NCBI GenBank assembly: GCA_977017575.1
Contig: CDRNVI010000099.1
Span: forward strand, 186,001 to 250,000
Reading direction: 5' to 3'
Origin: Paramoeba atlantica
Taxonomy: Eukaryota; Protista; Discosea
DNA length: 64,000 nucleotides
In this document: positions 33,707-45,672 of the stretch, in pieces
Numbering within the stretch: the first letter of the stretch is position 1
How the letters are laid out: each line of letters starts with the position of its first letter
The notes under the pieces: model-generated
Databases searched by the model: none
What the model was told of the DNA's origin: nothing
What the model saw: only the letters and a program-made list of their open reading frames with translations
Made by a program: the position numbers and the translations under genes

Positions 33707-34446
33707 GCTTGCAGGATCTGCAAGCTCGCTGGCAGAGCAGTTAAGTCGGGACATCCAGATAAATCGTTGCATCGAAGATCAAGCTTCTCCAGATGTGGCG
33801 GAAGATTTGTGAGGCAAATTTCACCCCTGAACGCGTTTTGGCCTAATATCAGTGCTTTCATGCTTTGAGGAAGGGAACTCAAATCTAATTCACCCTGAAA
33901 ATTGTTTATGGTCAGGTCAAACACTTCTAAATTCAGTGGGAGTTCACGTAATGAAACAAGACCTCTCATGGCGTGCCTTTCTCCGCTGAATCTGAGCAAT
34001 GTCTGCGGAAGATGTTGAAAATATATGATACCGCGTAAAATCTGGTTTTCATCACCATCCCAACATATTTCTACTATCTGACTGTTGTCGTTGCACTTTA
34101 CACCAAACCATTCGCACGCTGGGGTGCTGGTACTCCAAGACTCGGGCAATCCAGATTCAACGTAACTCTGCTTCAACAGTACAGGGTGGTACGTGGTCTG
34201 TGGGACCCAGACGAAGTCTCTGCGAATCATCTCCAAATCTCGCACCAGTTGGGCCAATTTGTATTCTTCCGGTAGGGTAGCCTGGCTCACCTTTCCCGAA
34301 CGTACCAAAGAGTGTCTGTGTGTCTGACTCGACGCGGATGGGTTTGGATTCGCCGCACTCCTAGACTCACATCTGTTTCCCGGAACGTCGGAGGGGTCGT
34401 GCGAGAGTGACAAAAAAATTATCGAAGGGAATCGACGGATATCCAT
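33703..34446 (-). CDS. leucine-rich repeat protein, apparently 3'-truncated
   Basis: GKV..TLPEE leader, ACEWFGVKC cap and LRRs; the stop codon falls in the first bases of the SL-headed element. Confidence 0.85.
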   Translation of the reverse strand: MDIRRFPSIIFLSLSHDPSDVPGNRCESRSAANPNPSASSQTHRHSLVRSGKVSQATLPEEYKLAQLVRDLEMIRRDFVWVPQTTYHPVLLKQSYVESGLPESWSTSTPACEWFGVKCNDNSQIVEICWDGDENQILRGIIYFQHLPQTLLRFSGERHAMRGLVSLRELPLNLEVFDLTINNFQGELDLSSLPQSMKALILGQNAFRGEICLTNLPPHLEKLDLRCNDLSGCPDLTALPASLQILQA

Positions 34447-35012
34447 TAATGTTTAGAAAAACATGTAATAGTGAATCTATGGATGGAGGCAATAAAATAC
34501 ATGTAGACTATTTGTAACGCGAATACGCATTTCAAGTCGTCATGATGCATTCAATCTCCTCACTCTGATGGAGAGCTTACAAAGATAATTAGAAAGGTAA
34601 ATAGGAAAAAAGACGTTGTCAAAAACCATGAACAGTGTTTTTCAGCAGATCGCAGATGCGTTGAAACCATTTGAGTGGATATCCATCTGCAAACTGAACC
34701 GTAGTAATGAGTTCAATTCATTTTGTGCTGTTGTCAAGAATACCATTCCATTACAACAATTCATTGAACTGTTTCTCGAACCGACTAAGGGGACTCAAGG
34801 AAACCATCAGGCTTCGAGATGACACAGATCGCTCGAAAATATTCTCACACTTAGCTCATCCTTGGAGAACATATTTTTAACTTTCAAATATCCTATGAGT
34901 TCACTCATAGCAGATTTATGAATCATTTCCTTCAAGAAAGAATTGATAGGAAACTGAACAGGAAGGTGTGCTACATTGTGGACACAGCATTCTCCACGAA
35001 TGACAACTGAAC

Positions 35013-38000
35013 TCACAAATTTAGTATTCTTCTCATATACTCGAGAGTGGAAGGAAGAGTTTGACGAATCGAGTTTTGAACGAACCTTGTCGTACTAAGT
35101 TCCGTGTCAGGCGGTTTTTCGCCCGTCCGGACTCTGCACTCCATATAGGCGTTGTAGAATCGGAAACATCGAGACGCGCTTGCAGCGTAGTGTGCTAATT
35201 CCTTTTTTCCATATGGACCAGACGCTATTGTTCCTCCAGTACTTATACGCCTTCTGGGATCAGTGAAATGATTAAAACGCTCGATGGGGGTGACACAAAC
35301 CGGTGTACTTCCCTGTTCTCGTAGTTCCGTGGATGATGAGTTATCTACGTTCGGTTCGTCCAGGCTAGTAGTAGACTTTCTTTTAAATCGATCGGGAAGA
35401 GAAGATACAGGCTTGATAGTCGTCCTTCCCTGCGCCGAATACAACGTGGAACCAGATATTTCGGGATCTAACGATCCAGAAAGAGAAGATTCTACGGATG
35501 CAATATCCGGTACTTCCGACGAAGTATCACTGAAACAATGATCCTTACAATCTTCCTCACAGGCGTGAGAATCCACCGAACGCGTTTTCAACACCTCATC
35601 CTTTGTGCACGAACCCATTTCCTCCTTGTGGATATCCGTTCCACAACACGTCTTATGGTTTTCTGCCCTTCCCACCTCAGTAGATGCCTTCCGCGGCATT
35701 TGCCTCCAATACGGCTTCTTTCCGCGACAGCGTCTCATCTCCTCGACCCCGAGCGTGGGCGCTGCACCTTTCCGAGAAGGCCCCCCTTCCCCACCGAGCT
35801 GTGAGCGTTTCGCAAGATCACAGAACCCCTCCAACACCTCCCGAAAGGAGGGCTGATGTGAGCCCCACAACATGGGACGCTGTACCTCAAGTTTTCGTGT
35901 CAGCACCATCGTAAGCTCCACCTTTCCCTCTTCCCCGCCTTTTTCAGCCCTCCCCGTCTCGGAATCCGCCTCCCCCGGCTCTCCCCATGCCTCCAACCCC
36001 GTGGTCCCCTTTTTTCCATTCTCGCCCTCCCCGGGGTAGTTTCTGGTCGTGCTTTCCCCCTTTTCTTTCCTCTCCTTTTCTTCCTTCTCTTTTTCTACCT
36101 TCTCTTCCTTCTCTTTATCGCCTCCCCCCCCCACCCCCCTGCGTGTCTCCCACATGTAGATCCCCCGCAGGACCACCCCGGTCCCCAGCACCCCCGTCTC
36201 CACCTGCTCCACCGTGTCCGGCCCCCCCGCGGGGAACCGGAACAGCGGGGAGAGCGCGAGACCGGCGGGGGCGTGGGGGAGGAGAACGGAGAGGCCGCGG
36301 GCGGGGGCCGGGAAGGTGGGGTCGAGGTCGGTGGGGGAGAGCGCGGGGGGGGAGGGGTCAGGGGGGGGGCCTGCACCCCGTAGAGCTACAGAGGGAAGCT
36401 CTGCACCCCGTAGAGCTACAGAGGGAAGCTCTGGACCCTGTGGGGCGTGAGAGGGAAGCTCTGCACCCTGTGGGGCGTGAGAGGGAAGCTCCCCACGGTG
36501 TGGAGCGTGAGAGGGAAGCGCTACACGTTGTGGAGCTATAGAGGGAGAAGAGGAAGAACAACACGTTGTCGTTGTCCCACTTGGATGTGTCTCATTTGGA
36601 CGTACTGCGCTAGGAGGGGGAAGCTCCCCACGTTGTGGAGCGTGAGAGGGGGAAGCGGAAGAAGAAGAACGTGTTGTCGTTGTCCCCCTTGAACGTGTTC
36701 CACTTGGACGTGTCCCATTTGGACGTACGGCTTGAGAGGGGGAAGAGGAAGAGGAACAACGTGTTGTCGTTGTCCCACTTGGATTTATTCCACTTGGATT
36801 TGTCCCATTTGGACGTACTGCACTATGAGGGGGAAGCTCCCCACGTTGTGGAGTTTGAGAGGGAGACCTAATTTGGGGAGTTGAAGGGTGAAGCTCTCCA
36901 TCTTGTGGAGCTATAGAGGGAGAAGAGGAAGAAGAACGTGTTGTCGTTGTCCCACTTGGATGTGTTCCACTCGGACTTGTTCCACTTGAGCTTATTCCAC
37001 TCGGACTCGTTCCACCTGAACGTGTCGCACTTGGACGTGTCTCACTTGGGGAGAGGGAGAGATTCGTTGGGGGATGGAGTGGAGCGTTGGGTGTTTGGGC
37101 TGAGCCACGTGTTGTTGGTCCGCTTCTTGTGGGGGGAGAGGGGGAGAAGGGGTTGGTGGGGTCGGTTGTTAGACCCACATTGTGTGGTGGGGTTGTGGAA
37201 CAACTTGTTGCTGAAGGAGAGGGTGGGAAGGGGGTGGGGTGATCTGCAATCCCCCTGTACACTCCACGAAAGGTGGGTTCAATGATGTGGGGTTGTTGGA
37301 GGGTAGAACAACCTGTGGGCTGTTGGGTCAAAGAAGCACCTGTTGGGGAGTAGGACCCGTTGGAGGGTGTGGGGTACTTTTTTCTGTGTCGTTGTCTCCG
37401 GTGGGGTGAAACTTTGGTAGTAAAAGAGGGCCCTGATTTGGGACGATGGGGGGTTATACCCGGTAAAGTCCAAGCAGGGGAGAGACCCGGTTTGCGGGCG
37501 GAGAAATGGGTTCTTGCGTTCTCTTCCTGTTGTTTTATTTTGTTTAATACATGCTCGGGGTTCAAAATTTCGATTGCAAACCCGCCATAAAAATCGAGTC
37601 GCAGTTTGGTTCGGGTGCGAGGCTCTCCAAGGAAGAAAGCAGACGCCACCGACAGTGTGGGATGGGACATATTAGGCAAGAACTTATAGGAAGCGCATAA
37701 AAGGTTGCTCGATTGAGAGCTTGATTTTTCCCAACCGGGGACGTATGAACGGAGCTGTTCTTCAAAGTGGGCAAACAATTTCGGAGAAATCGCTTTGCGT
37801 CCAGATCCCTTGGTTAGGGCTGCCATCTGTAGAAAGGGAGAAAATTGCGCCCCGGGTCGTAAATACGAAAGATAAATACGATACCCGCGGAGCACAGGAG
37901 AACTTGATGAAAACAAGTATCGCTGCCTTATTATAGAGCGCCGCACTAAACAGTCGTAACACTTTGAATATATGGTGTAGGTGAACGGTGAACCATCACT

Positions 38001-38129
38001 ACTGGGTAGACCTCCAGATCTTCGTTGGGTACGGAGAGTGTGTCGCTTCGTTGTATGAAGAACTAGGGAAGATTTCTTTGAAGAAACAAGCTGCGGCGGC
38101 ACACTTCTTACTCCACGAAGGTATACCAT
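35013..38129 (-). CDS. hypothetical protein, up to 1038 aa (probable start MAALTK) with central Pro/Ser/Thr-rich repeats
   Basis: Long ORF; GTTTTRSSSSSPS/APQRGELP repeats; no family recognised. Confidence 0.7.
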   Translation of the reverse strand: MVYLRGVRSVPPQLVSSKKSSLVLHTTKRHTLRTQRRSGGLPSSDGSPFTYTIYSKCYDCLVRRSIIRQRYLFSSSSPVLRGYRIYLSYLRPGAQFSPFLQMAALTKGSGRKAISPKLFAHFEEQLRSYVPGWEKSSSQSSNLLCASYKFLPNMSHPTLSVASAFFLGEPRTRTKLRLDFYGGFAIEILNPEHVLNKIKQQEENARTHFSARKPGLSPAWTLPGITPHRPKSGPSFTTKVSPHRRQRHRKKYPTPSNGSYSPTGASLTQQPTGCSTLQQPHIIEPTFRGVYRGIADHPTPFPPSPSATSCSTTPPHNVGLTTDPTNPFSPSPPTRSGPTTRGSAQTPNAPLHPPTNLSLSPSETRPSATRSGGTSPSGISSSGTSPSGTHPSGTTTTRSSSSSPSIAPQDGELHPSTPQIRSPSQTPQRGELPPHSAVRPNGTNPSGINPSGTTTTRCSSSSSPSQAVRPNGTRPSGTRSRGTTTTRSSSSASPSHAPQRGELPPPSAVRPNETHPSGTTTTCCSSSSPSIAPQRVALPSHAPHRGELPSHAPQGAELPSHAPQGPELPSVALRGAELPSVALRGAGPPPDPSPPALSPTDLDPTFPAPARGLSVLLPHAPAGLALSPLFRFPAGGPDTVEQVETGVLGTGVVLRGIYMWETRRGVGGGGDKEKEEKVEKEKEEKERKEKGESTTRNYPGEGENGKKGTTGLEAWGEPGEADSETGRAEKGGEEGKVELTMVLTRKLEVQRPMLWGSHQPSFREVLEGFCDLAKRSQLGGEGGPSRKGAAPTLGVEEMRRCRGKKPYWRQMPRKASTEVGRAENHKTCCGTDIHKEEMGSCTKDEVLKTRSVDSHACEEDCKDHCFSDTSSEVPDIASVESSLSGSLDPEISGSTLYSAQGRTTIKPVSSLPDRFKRKSTTSLDEPNVDNSSSTELREQGSTPVCVTPIERFNHFTDPRRRISTGGTIASGPYGKKELAHYAASASRCFRFYNAYMECRVRTGEKPPDTELSTTRFVQNSIRQTLPSTLEYMRRILNL
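36370..37060 (-). repeat. coding tandem repeats (mucin-like units of ~30 bp and longer)
   Basis: gagggaagctctgcacccc.., gttgtcgttgtcccacttgga and ccacttggac units on the + strand. Confidence 0.85.
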
Positions 38130-38599
38130 CGATTTTTCTAAGAATGAGATAAATTTCCTGGAGTGGTACTGAAAAGTGATCCAATAAGAGTCTTCTATGC
38201 AACTAGGAATAGGTACAGGTTTAGACTACAGCCAAAAAAAGAAGAAGAAACCACCGCGTTGGACAATCTACCTCCCGGTACAAAAACTAGCTACACGTGC
38301 AATACATACAGTGGTTTCAATTGAAATTCCCCCCGCGGAAATTTGAGTTTTTTATCCGTTTTTTTCACCTTTTTTTCACATGCACCCCCTGGTGCTCATA
38401 TGGTGACTCGAAAATCAGCCAAAACAAGATTTTTGGAAAATACGAACCTTGGAAAAAAGCAGTAAAATGGAGCAAAAATTAAAATTTAGAAGTTGTATAC
38501 TAGAACCCAAAGTGTCCTCTACTATTTATAGTGCTTTTCCGTCACACACACCCTACCGGTAGGGGGGGCGCCCTAGGGGGACGCGCTAGGGGGGGGGCG

Positions 38600-38706
38600 C
38601 ACTTCTGGAGGCAAAAGCCCCTGTCTGCGAGCAAGGCCCAACTGTGAGCGAAGCCCACTTCTGGAGGCAAAAGCCCCCGTCTGCGAGCAAGGCCCAACTG
38701 TGAGCG
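38600..38706. repeat. two tandem ~56-bp units
   Basis: cacttctggaggcaaaagccc..gtctgcgagcaaggcccaactgtgagcg x2. Confidence 0.85.
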
Positions 38707-38895
38707 TAGCCCTGGGATATAATTGTATTTTTTGGCGATCCGCGCGCTCCAGCGCGCGGGTCGCGCACTGAGAACCTATGTCTGCCACTTCCGCAGGATT
38801 CTGGTTGGTTGGTCGGTTTCCTCAGGATTCTGGACTATTCTTTAATATTGATGTGTAGAAAACACGACATTTTTCTTTTGCGGATCCTACTTTGA

Positions 38896-40073
38896 GTGAA
38901 CAACAACTGTGATACTGGCAATACTTCGGAAGCATTTTTGCGCCGCTTCATGGCTTTCTTGGAAACACAAGTTTCTCACAGCAATAGTAGCGTTGAAAAT
39001 CGTGAAGGTGACCCTTCTTGGACTGAGGGTACAATTCCTCCCTTCGAAGCACACAGAGTGTGTCGGGGGTGCGAGGGCTTCGCGTGCGTTCGGGTATGGC
39101 GCAACATGCGATACATTCCTCAGGGGGAAGCGGCCGAGGTGTGGATAAAGAATCATGGACTCTTGTCGGAACCGCAATGTAAACGTCACGGAGGGAGTTC
39201 ATGGTGGGGATCAAGGGGAGCCTTCAGTTTTTTGAGTGCTCATCGGGGGGAGGGGGACATCAATGCGTGTAGGTCAAGGGTTTTTCAGTACGCACCTTAC
39301 TTGAGCAGCCGAACTAGCGTCACTGTTACTACTCTTCTTCTAATCTGGGCGGACATGGCAAATAATTTGACGACTGGACAAATCGCCCGTAACCGTGGAG
39401 TGCGTCAGAGGGCAGTAACTAATCTCTTGCACATGGTTTCGAGCGCCGCTTATTGACTAAGAGAATGTAGACTTTTATTTTTGGAAGTTGCAAGTCGATG
39501 AAACTTTCATTGGGAAAAGAAAGTATCACCGCGGAATATAGAAACGTTGGGTGGTCGTTTGTCACCGTCACGGAGATTTATGACCGGAAAATGGGGAGAA
39601 CGCACTGGAAGCTGGTCAAGCGAAGGGACCAGAACACGCTTCTCAGTTTTAACACTCCCCATTTCACGAGTGCATGTTCGTGGTGACTGACGAGTGGCGG
39701 GGGTAGTTAACTTGGGGGAGTACTGCCGCCATTTTACTGTAAATCACAGTAAAGAATTCGTGACTCTAAAAGGGCACCATACAAACCATGCGGGGCTGCG
39801 CACCGGATAATCAAACATTGGATAAAGCAACAACACTACAATTATGGTATGTCTTCAATGGATCTGCGCCGCAATGCGGACTTGCAATGCGTAAAGTACG
39901 GGTATGGGAAAACAGAGCGCAAAGAAGCATGGAAGGTGCGTTTTATTAATATACTTGAGTGCATCCTCGATTTCTACGGATGCGAGGATATTGAAATCAT
40001 GAATGATCTCAGCGATAGTTTCTGCAGCTTTTCTGAAGCTAGCCAAGAAACTCTTTCCAGTGAGGAAGAGTAA
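38896..40073 (+). pseudogene. Merlin/IS1595-family transposase pseudogene (a second, distinct family)
   Basis: Manual translation gives QVDETFIGKRKYHRG, VTDEWRG*, HFTVNHSKEFV..KGHHTNH; several stops and frameshifts. Confidence 0.82.
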
Positions 40074-40444
40074 AAAAAATTGCGTGTTATACCTGGTCTA
40101 TTCTTTTTCCTCTTTAACTACTTTTATACATGTTTATATAGATCCGTTTGTGCATAGTGTTTTGTACATTATAGGTCAGGGACATTGCTAGATATATACT
40201 TTCGTGATCTCACAATGTTGGGGCTTAGCGACCCCCACAGTTCCGAGCTACGTCCACAGCAACGTTTTTTTATACTTTCGTCGAACTGAGTTTTTCTGTG
40301 GTTCTACTCGGTATCGTGTAAAGCCTTGGGGTACATCTTCTCCAGGTATAGACCAGGTATGTATTATTCTACGCGCGCTATATTATATATAAACGCGCGC
40401 TATATTATATATAATATTATATATAAAATTTATATATTTTTATA

Positions 40445-40831
40445 TTTACGTCAAATAAAGTTGGTTTCGACAACGTTGTATCAAAGACTTATCCCGTTAC
40501 TGTACATTACCGTACACCAACTTGAATACAGAACTACTTGCATGATGCTGCTCACCCTCGCGGATCACGTAGCTCATCGTCGCGAGAGCAGCCTCCTTTT
40601 ACTACATACGTTGTCATCCGATCCCACTGCACGAGCTCCTCACAGAATTCGGGGTGCCGTAATCCCGCAGGAATACGACTTAGCGCGTTTGGTAGAAAAT
40701 ATGGAAGGCCTGCACCCTACGTGGCGTACCAATGTCACAGCGTGTGCATGGAAAGGTGTGTCATGCAATCTTGCGGGTGACGTGACGAAAATACACTGGG
40801 GAAGCGCCATGGAAATTTACGGCGGCATTCA
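40445..40831 (+). pseudogene. LRR-family 5' fragment; recent inverted duplicate of 50965-51360
   Basis: IPQEYDLARL...ACAWKGVSC; nearly identical to the reverse complement of 50965-51360. Confidence 0.8.
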
Positions 40832-42384
40832 AATATTTACACCCCTGTATATATTCAAATAATTTTATGAATGCAAGTTACCAAAACAAGTGTTATCCCT
40901 TAAATAATAAAACTTCGTTTTTCCCAAAAAATCTTGCACCTATATTTTCTAATAATACATGTATACGACATATCTAATACCATGTTTCATCCATGCGTTT
41001 CACATTCATTCACAGGAATCTCCAAACGGGTTAAACAACAACAACTGAAATCTACATGAGATCGACTTGCCGAAAAAGAGTTTCTAGTACCACGCGCTAC
41101 CTTTGTTGCTCCGTTGAGACAATTTAAAATGTTGAAAATATCGAACGCTCGCCCGAAAAAAAATTAAAATCCCGTTCGTTGAATATTCAACGAAGTAGAG
41201 ACGTACCCCAAAACAGTGCCCACAGTATTTCTTGATTCCTATGTTTCTCTATGCGTTCTCAACGTAGTAGTATGCTACTGCTCCTAGATCCACCCCTCCG
41301 AATATTCCTAGAAAATGTTAGCCACGAGCTCCACTTATTCTTCCCGGAAACGTCACTGTATCACCTGATCAACGAGGTAATACCTATGCAGGGTAAGATT
41401 CTTTACACACTATCGCAAGATCATACAATTTTACAGAATCCCATGCACGATCCCAAATGCAAAGCATTTAATGAGATAAAACGGCAGAAATTCTTATTCT
41501 AACATTGAGTTCCATAATGTGTCCTCACTTTACGTCCCTTGAAGAGTTCTCGGTGGTGAGATTATGGTGCCCGCACTTTTCTGAGGTTGCTCAGCCCCAC
41601 TTAAAAAGAAACTCAGACCGACGTAGAGTTTTCTCTGTACAGGATATACCTGGATATACCTGCTACCATCCCACAGCCCTAGTCGATGAAACCGGATATC
41701 TTATCTTATCCTGAATAAGTGACCAACTGGCTACGCCTGAAAAAGTGGCTGGAAACTCCCTTGAAAAAGGGCCAGCTGACCAACCTGAATTCATAAACAA
41801 TAACTCTTTGGAAGTTTGGGGAATACGTTTCAGATCGCTGACCTCGAGAAGCTATTGGAGACTGTGCAGCTAACCGGTGCCATCTCGTGCCGTCTTGTGC
41901 CAATTCATGCCCACTCATGCCAACCAGAACTTGGAATAATGAGAGATTGTTTAGGGATACAGAAATCACATGCATTTTTTCATACCCTGGACCTCCCTCC
42001 ATTTCCCTCCACGGAATATCCATAACAATATAGTAATAACTTAATAATATGAGGGATGAAACTAGAGATTTTTCCTTCATGCAGTATTGCTCGAGCGCCC
42101 CCTCGTCGGTGCTATCATCTTCTCTTCGGCTAAAAACATGTTTAATGCGTGAATGTAGGGCATCAAGTCGAACACCACAAACGTCAAGTTCAGAAACGGC
42201 TTTTGACAAAGTTCGAGAATGTTAGTTAGTTTTAAGGCTCTCCATATTTTTAAGTACTTTTTGATTGTATTATTTATGAAATTACACATATTATTGTAAT
42301 AGCGTATTATAAATAACGTCTGTTTTTTGGTTAAAGACTTCCCAAATAGCTTCACAACTTCGAACTTAACATCACTTACGGAAA

Positions 42385-43224
42385 TTAAACTAAAGTAATA
42401 CTTTCCACATGAACTTTCGCCTTTTTATCCTCTTCATTCTTCTTAGCCTTCACACTATTCTCCACAGTGACGTGAAGAACCGGTGGGCCTCTTTTCCGTT
42501 TATCATGAAGAATGACGGCTCCGAGCTGAAGAAGCTTTGTCGCCGCAACTTCTGGAACATCTTCTTCCCACCAGGTTGATTCGACGTACTCCTTGGCCTT
42601 TTCCACATAGGTCAAGCGTACCCGGAACTTCTCTTCATGCACGGACAGCTTCTCGATGATTCTAGACTTTAGATCGGACCGAATCGTCACACGCCTTCGA
42701 TTCAAATCTCCGACAAAGCTATTCCAAATGTTTTTTAATACTGTCGCCATGTCACGTTCGTCTTTAGAACTCACAGACAATCGGAACTTTTTGGCGTAGT
42801 TAATGCCTGCCCGCAAAAACTTAGTTCCGTCATCAGCCCAGTCAGTGCTGGCTTTGCTCGCAATCAGGGCATACGCCACATGCGAAAAAGTAAATCGCAA
42901 CCCCAAAACAGTCTTCCGAAAGAATTGGCTGGCTGTGCGCTTTACTGATTCAAGGTCCAGATCGGATGAAGATAATTCCTGAAGGAGGGGAGGAGAAAAA
43001 GATTCAACGACTTGTGATTGTCCACAAGTCGCACAAACATCAGAACCGTTGAATACCCCATACTGCAAGCATTGCACACATACATCTCTGTGCTGCTCGG
43101 AATCGACACACCATTTGCAATAAACACAAAATGATGATCGACCTTCGGTGGGAAGAGTGAACGGTGTCATTTTCTGACATTTTCCTTCGCACATCTGGCG
43201 ATAGATTGATGCTTGGAATGACAT
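42385..43224 (-). CDS. hypothetical 279-aa protein with N-terminal Cys-rich (zinc-ribbon-like) region
   Basis: CVYCKWC, CVQC, CATC clusters; open 840-bp frame; no family recognised. Confidence 0.5.
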   Translation of the reverse strand: MSFQASIYRQMCEGKCQKMTPFTLPTEGRSSFCVYCKWCVDSEQHRDVCVQCLQYGVFNGSDVCATCGQSQVVESFSPPLLQELSSSDLDLESVKRTASQFFRKTVLGLRFTFSHVAYALIASKASTDWADDGTKFLRAGINYAKKFRLSVSSKDERDMATVLKNIWNSFVGDLNRRRVTIRSDLKSRIIEKLSVHEEKFRVRLTYVEKAKEYVESTWWEEDVPEVAATKLLQLGAVILHDKRKRGPPVLHVTVENSVKAKKNEEDKKAKVHVESITLV

Positions 43225-43363
43225 AAGTGATGTGGTGCAAAGAATAAAAAAACTTGAATACCGAACTCTTTAGATGACTTTTAACGAATATACATTTGTA
43301 ACTAAACTTTGTAGAACGCACCGAAAAAAGATTTAAATTGGCTGATAAAACAAAAATATGGCT

Positions 43364-43434
43364 ACTCATGCCAACTCATGCCAATTCATGCCAACTTGTG
43401 CCAATTCATGCCAACTCATGCCAACCAAGACTTG
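43364..43434. repeat. 10-bp tandem array (catgccaact) with shared terminus; partial copy at 41895-41933
   Basis: ttgtgccaattcatgcc(a/c)actcatgccaacca(ag/ga)acttg at both sites. Confidence 0.82.
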
Positions 43435-44750
43435 CACAGTCTCCATTGAAAGCGTTCTCGAGGTCAGCCGCCACAATGACCTCCTGCGGCCTATCCCGGA
43501 AGTGTTGGTGAACACCGTCAATGATGTGTTCGCATCCTTGGGCGCATTGGGCGCTGAATTGGAGCCCTTGGAAGAAAGTGGACAGATGTTTCCCCACCTT
43601 TTCGAGCGCGAGGAGTCCTGCCATCTGCAGAATACATTCTCCCATGGCGATTGGCCGACAGGATGAGTAGTGTCCAGCCGGGGAGCCGGTTTACTAAAGA
43701 GCGTGAGGGACGCCTCCGTTAGTAGGTCTCTCTTTGAGGGAGGGAGGGAGTTTGTTGTGATCCCGTGAATGATCCACGTGACACAGTCACGGGGACCATC
43801 CTCCATGAGAGCTGGGAGCAAAAGTTCCTTGGTCCTGGGGCTCGAAGTGGTGCCAGGCACTGGGCCTTCCTGGCGACGTCTGCCGGGGAGGGTAAGGGAC
43901 CGTGCCAGTCCTTGTCGAAGTGATACTTGCCCGTAGTTTAAGGGCCTCCGGAAGGGTGTAGTCTCTTTGCCAGTTCCAGGGCTGCCGTTGGGTTTGTCGG
44001 GGGCTGGAGCGGGGACTCGAGGATTGTAGCGGGCCTCAAGAAGGCTTTCGCCTTTATCAACTCCGTCGCTCTCTTTAGAGCCGACATGGGGGAATTATTG
44101 GCTTGGCTGGAAGTCGGTGCCGTGGATTGTAGCGGCCCTCGAGAAGGCTTTCGCCTTTATCCACTCCGTCGCTCTCTTTAGAGCCGACATGGGAGAATTA
44201 TTGGCTTGGCTGAGAGTCGGTGCCGTGGTATCCGAGCCCTCAAGGTAGGCTCGCATGCGTAGTTCATGAACCAACTGCCTTTGAGATAGTTTTTCCTCCG
44301 GGAAGAAGAGAAAACGTTTTACTGCTAGGAGAAGATTCCAGGTTGTCTCTATTTAACTTTCGGTTGACATGAGGAAGTCCTGACAAATGCTTACCACGTG
44401 CTCCCTCCAAGCGGGGCATTGTACGGCGTATAATTTGCGCAGTGACCCCCTCCCCAGGAGCTCCGCGAGGTGTTCGGGCGAGGGGGCTAATCCCCGCTCC
44501 GCGGTTTGTGCGCTCTGTGTGTGCGGGGTCAAACTCTGAAGGTGTCCTGTGTGAAGGGCCGTCTCTCCGTCCTTGGTCGATGTAGTTGCAGTGGACCAGT
44601 TCCGCCCAGCCCGAGTCGGCAATCAGTTCTTCAGTTGGGAGGAAAGACCAGTACACCGTGTGGTCCTCAGCAACGAAGGGCGCCCACAGGAGGCAAGTTC
44701 TTGTGATATTCTCAGCGAATAACACAGGAAGAAGGGAATGCTGTTTTCTT
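43435..44750 (-). mobile_element. CRE/SLACS-clade retrotransposon fragment (N-terminal half of RT)
   Basis: RDLLTEASLTLFSKP, then (frameshift) CRPIAMGECILQMAG...GLQF...GCEHII...VAADLENAFN; ~103-bp tandem duplication at 44021-44226; upstream boundary approximate. Confidence 0.75.
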
Positions 44751-45672
44751 CCATCGTGCCCTGTTTTTTTATGCAGGCCCCGTTGCGACTGCCGTCATAT
44801 ACCATAACGTGTGCTCCTTAAGATGAGCCTACGTGGGGAACCGACAAAGAGGCCCAATAGCAATCCGCCGCTTCGAGATCAGAGTCGGATTCCAGAAATC
44901 TACCCCCCGACCCGCTGGATATGCTTACGCAGTTACTCGGGATACCTAAGGCTGCGCCAATATCCTGCACCAACCCCTGAAAGGTTTCTTGTATGGGCAA
45001 GCAAATTCGTCCCTCCGCATTGGGGCCCAGGTGAACAACTTCAACTTGGTGGTGCAGAAGGGAGGAACACTCCATCATGTAGCCAAAGGAACGTTACAGA
45101 CTTGGTTGAATGTTATGATTTCCTTCCAAACAGTGGGAAAGTTATTTGAAAGAGACGATTGCTCTCTCGTTATTTCCCTTCGACTATGGCTCGCGTTGCA
45201 AAATCAATGTAAAGTCAAAAAATCAAAGAAAAGTCAAAACTGCGCATGCCTTAGCCAATAAAGAAAGAAACAAGTCACTAGGGGAGCTGGACTATACAAG
45301 GACACACTAACAGAAGGAGCAACTAAAGGGAGGCACGTGTATCATTCGCAACTTTACACATCAAGAAAGACAAATAATATGATACCCCCCAATGTTTCCG
45401 AAAACCATCCCCTAAAACAATATGGTATGTTGTATTAAACCGGGAGGCAGATCAGTATCTTAATTGGATAACTATCCTAGTTAGCTTAACACCCTGTTTG
45501 GTTGATTATCTTAGTCCCTTTTTCTTTGCGCATAATGTCTTGAAAATGTTTGTACAAGTCAAAGAGCTGCCCCAAGAAATCGAAATACTTAAGCTTCATA
45601 AACGATTTTTCTGAAGTGGTGAGTTGTAGTAGCATTCAATGAAAAAACAACCACGTCAGAAACATGATTTTT

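Noticed and set aside
34616-34822. hAT transposase fragment (IADALKPFE)
   Set aside because: Too short and no supporting motifs.
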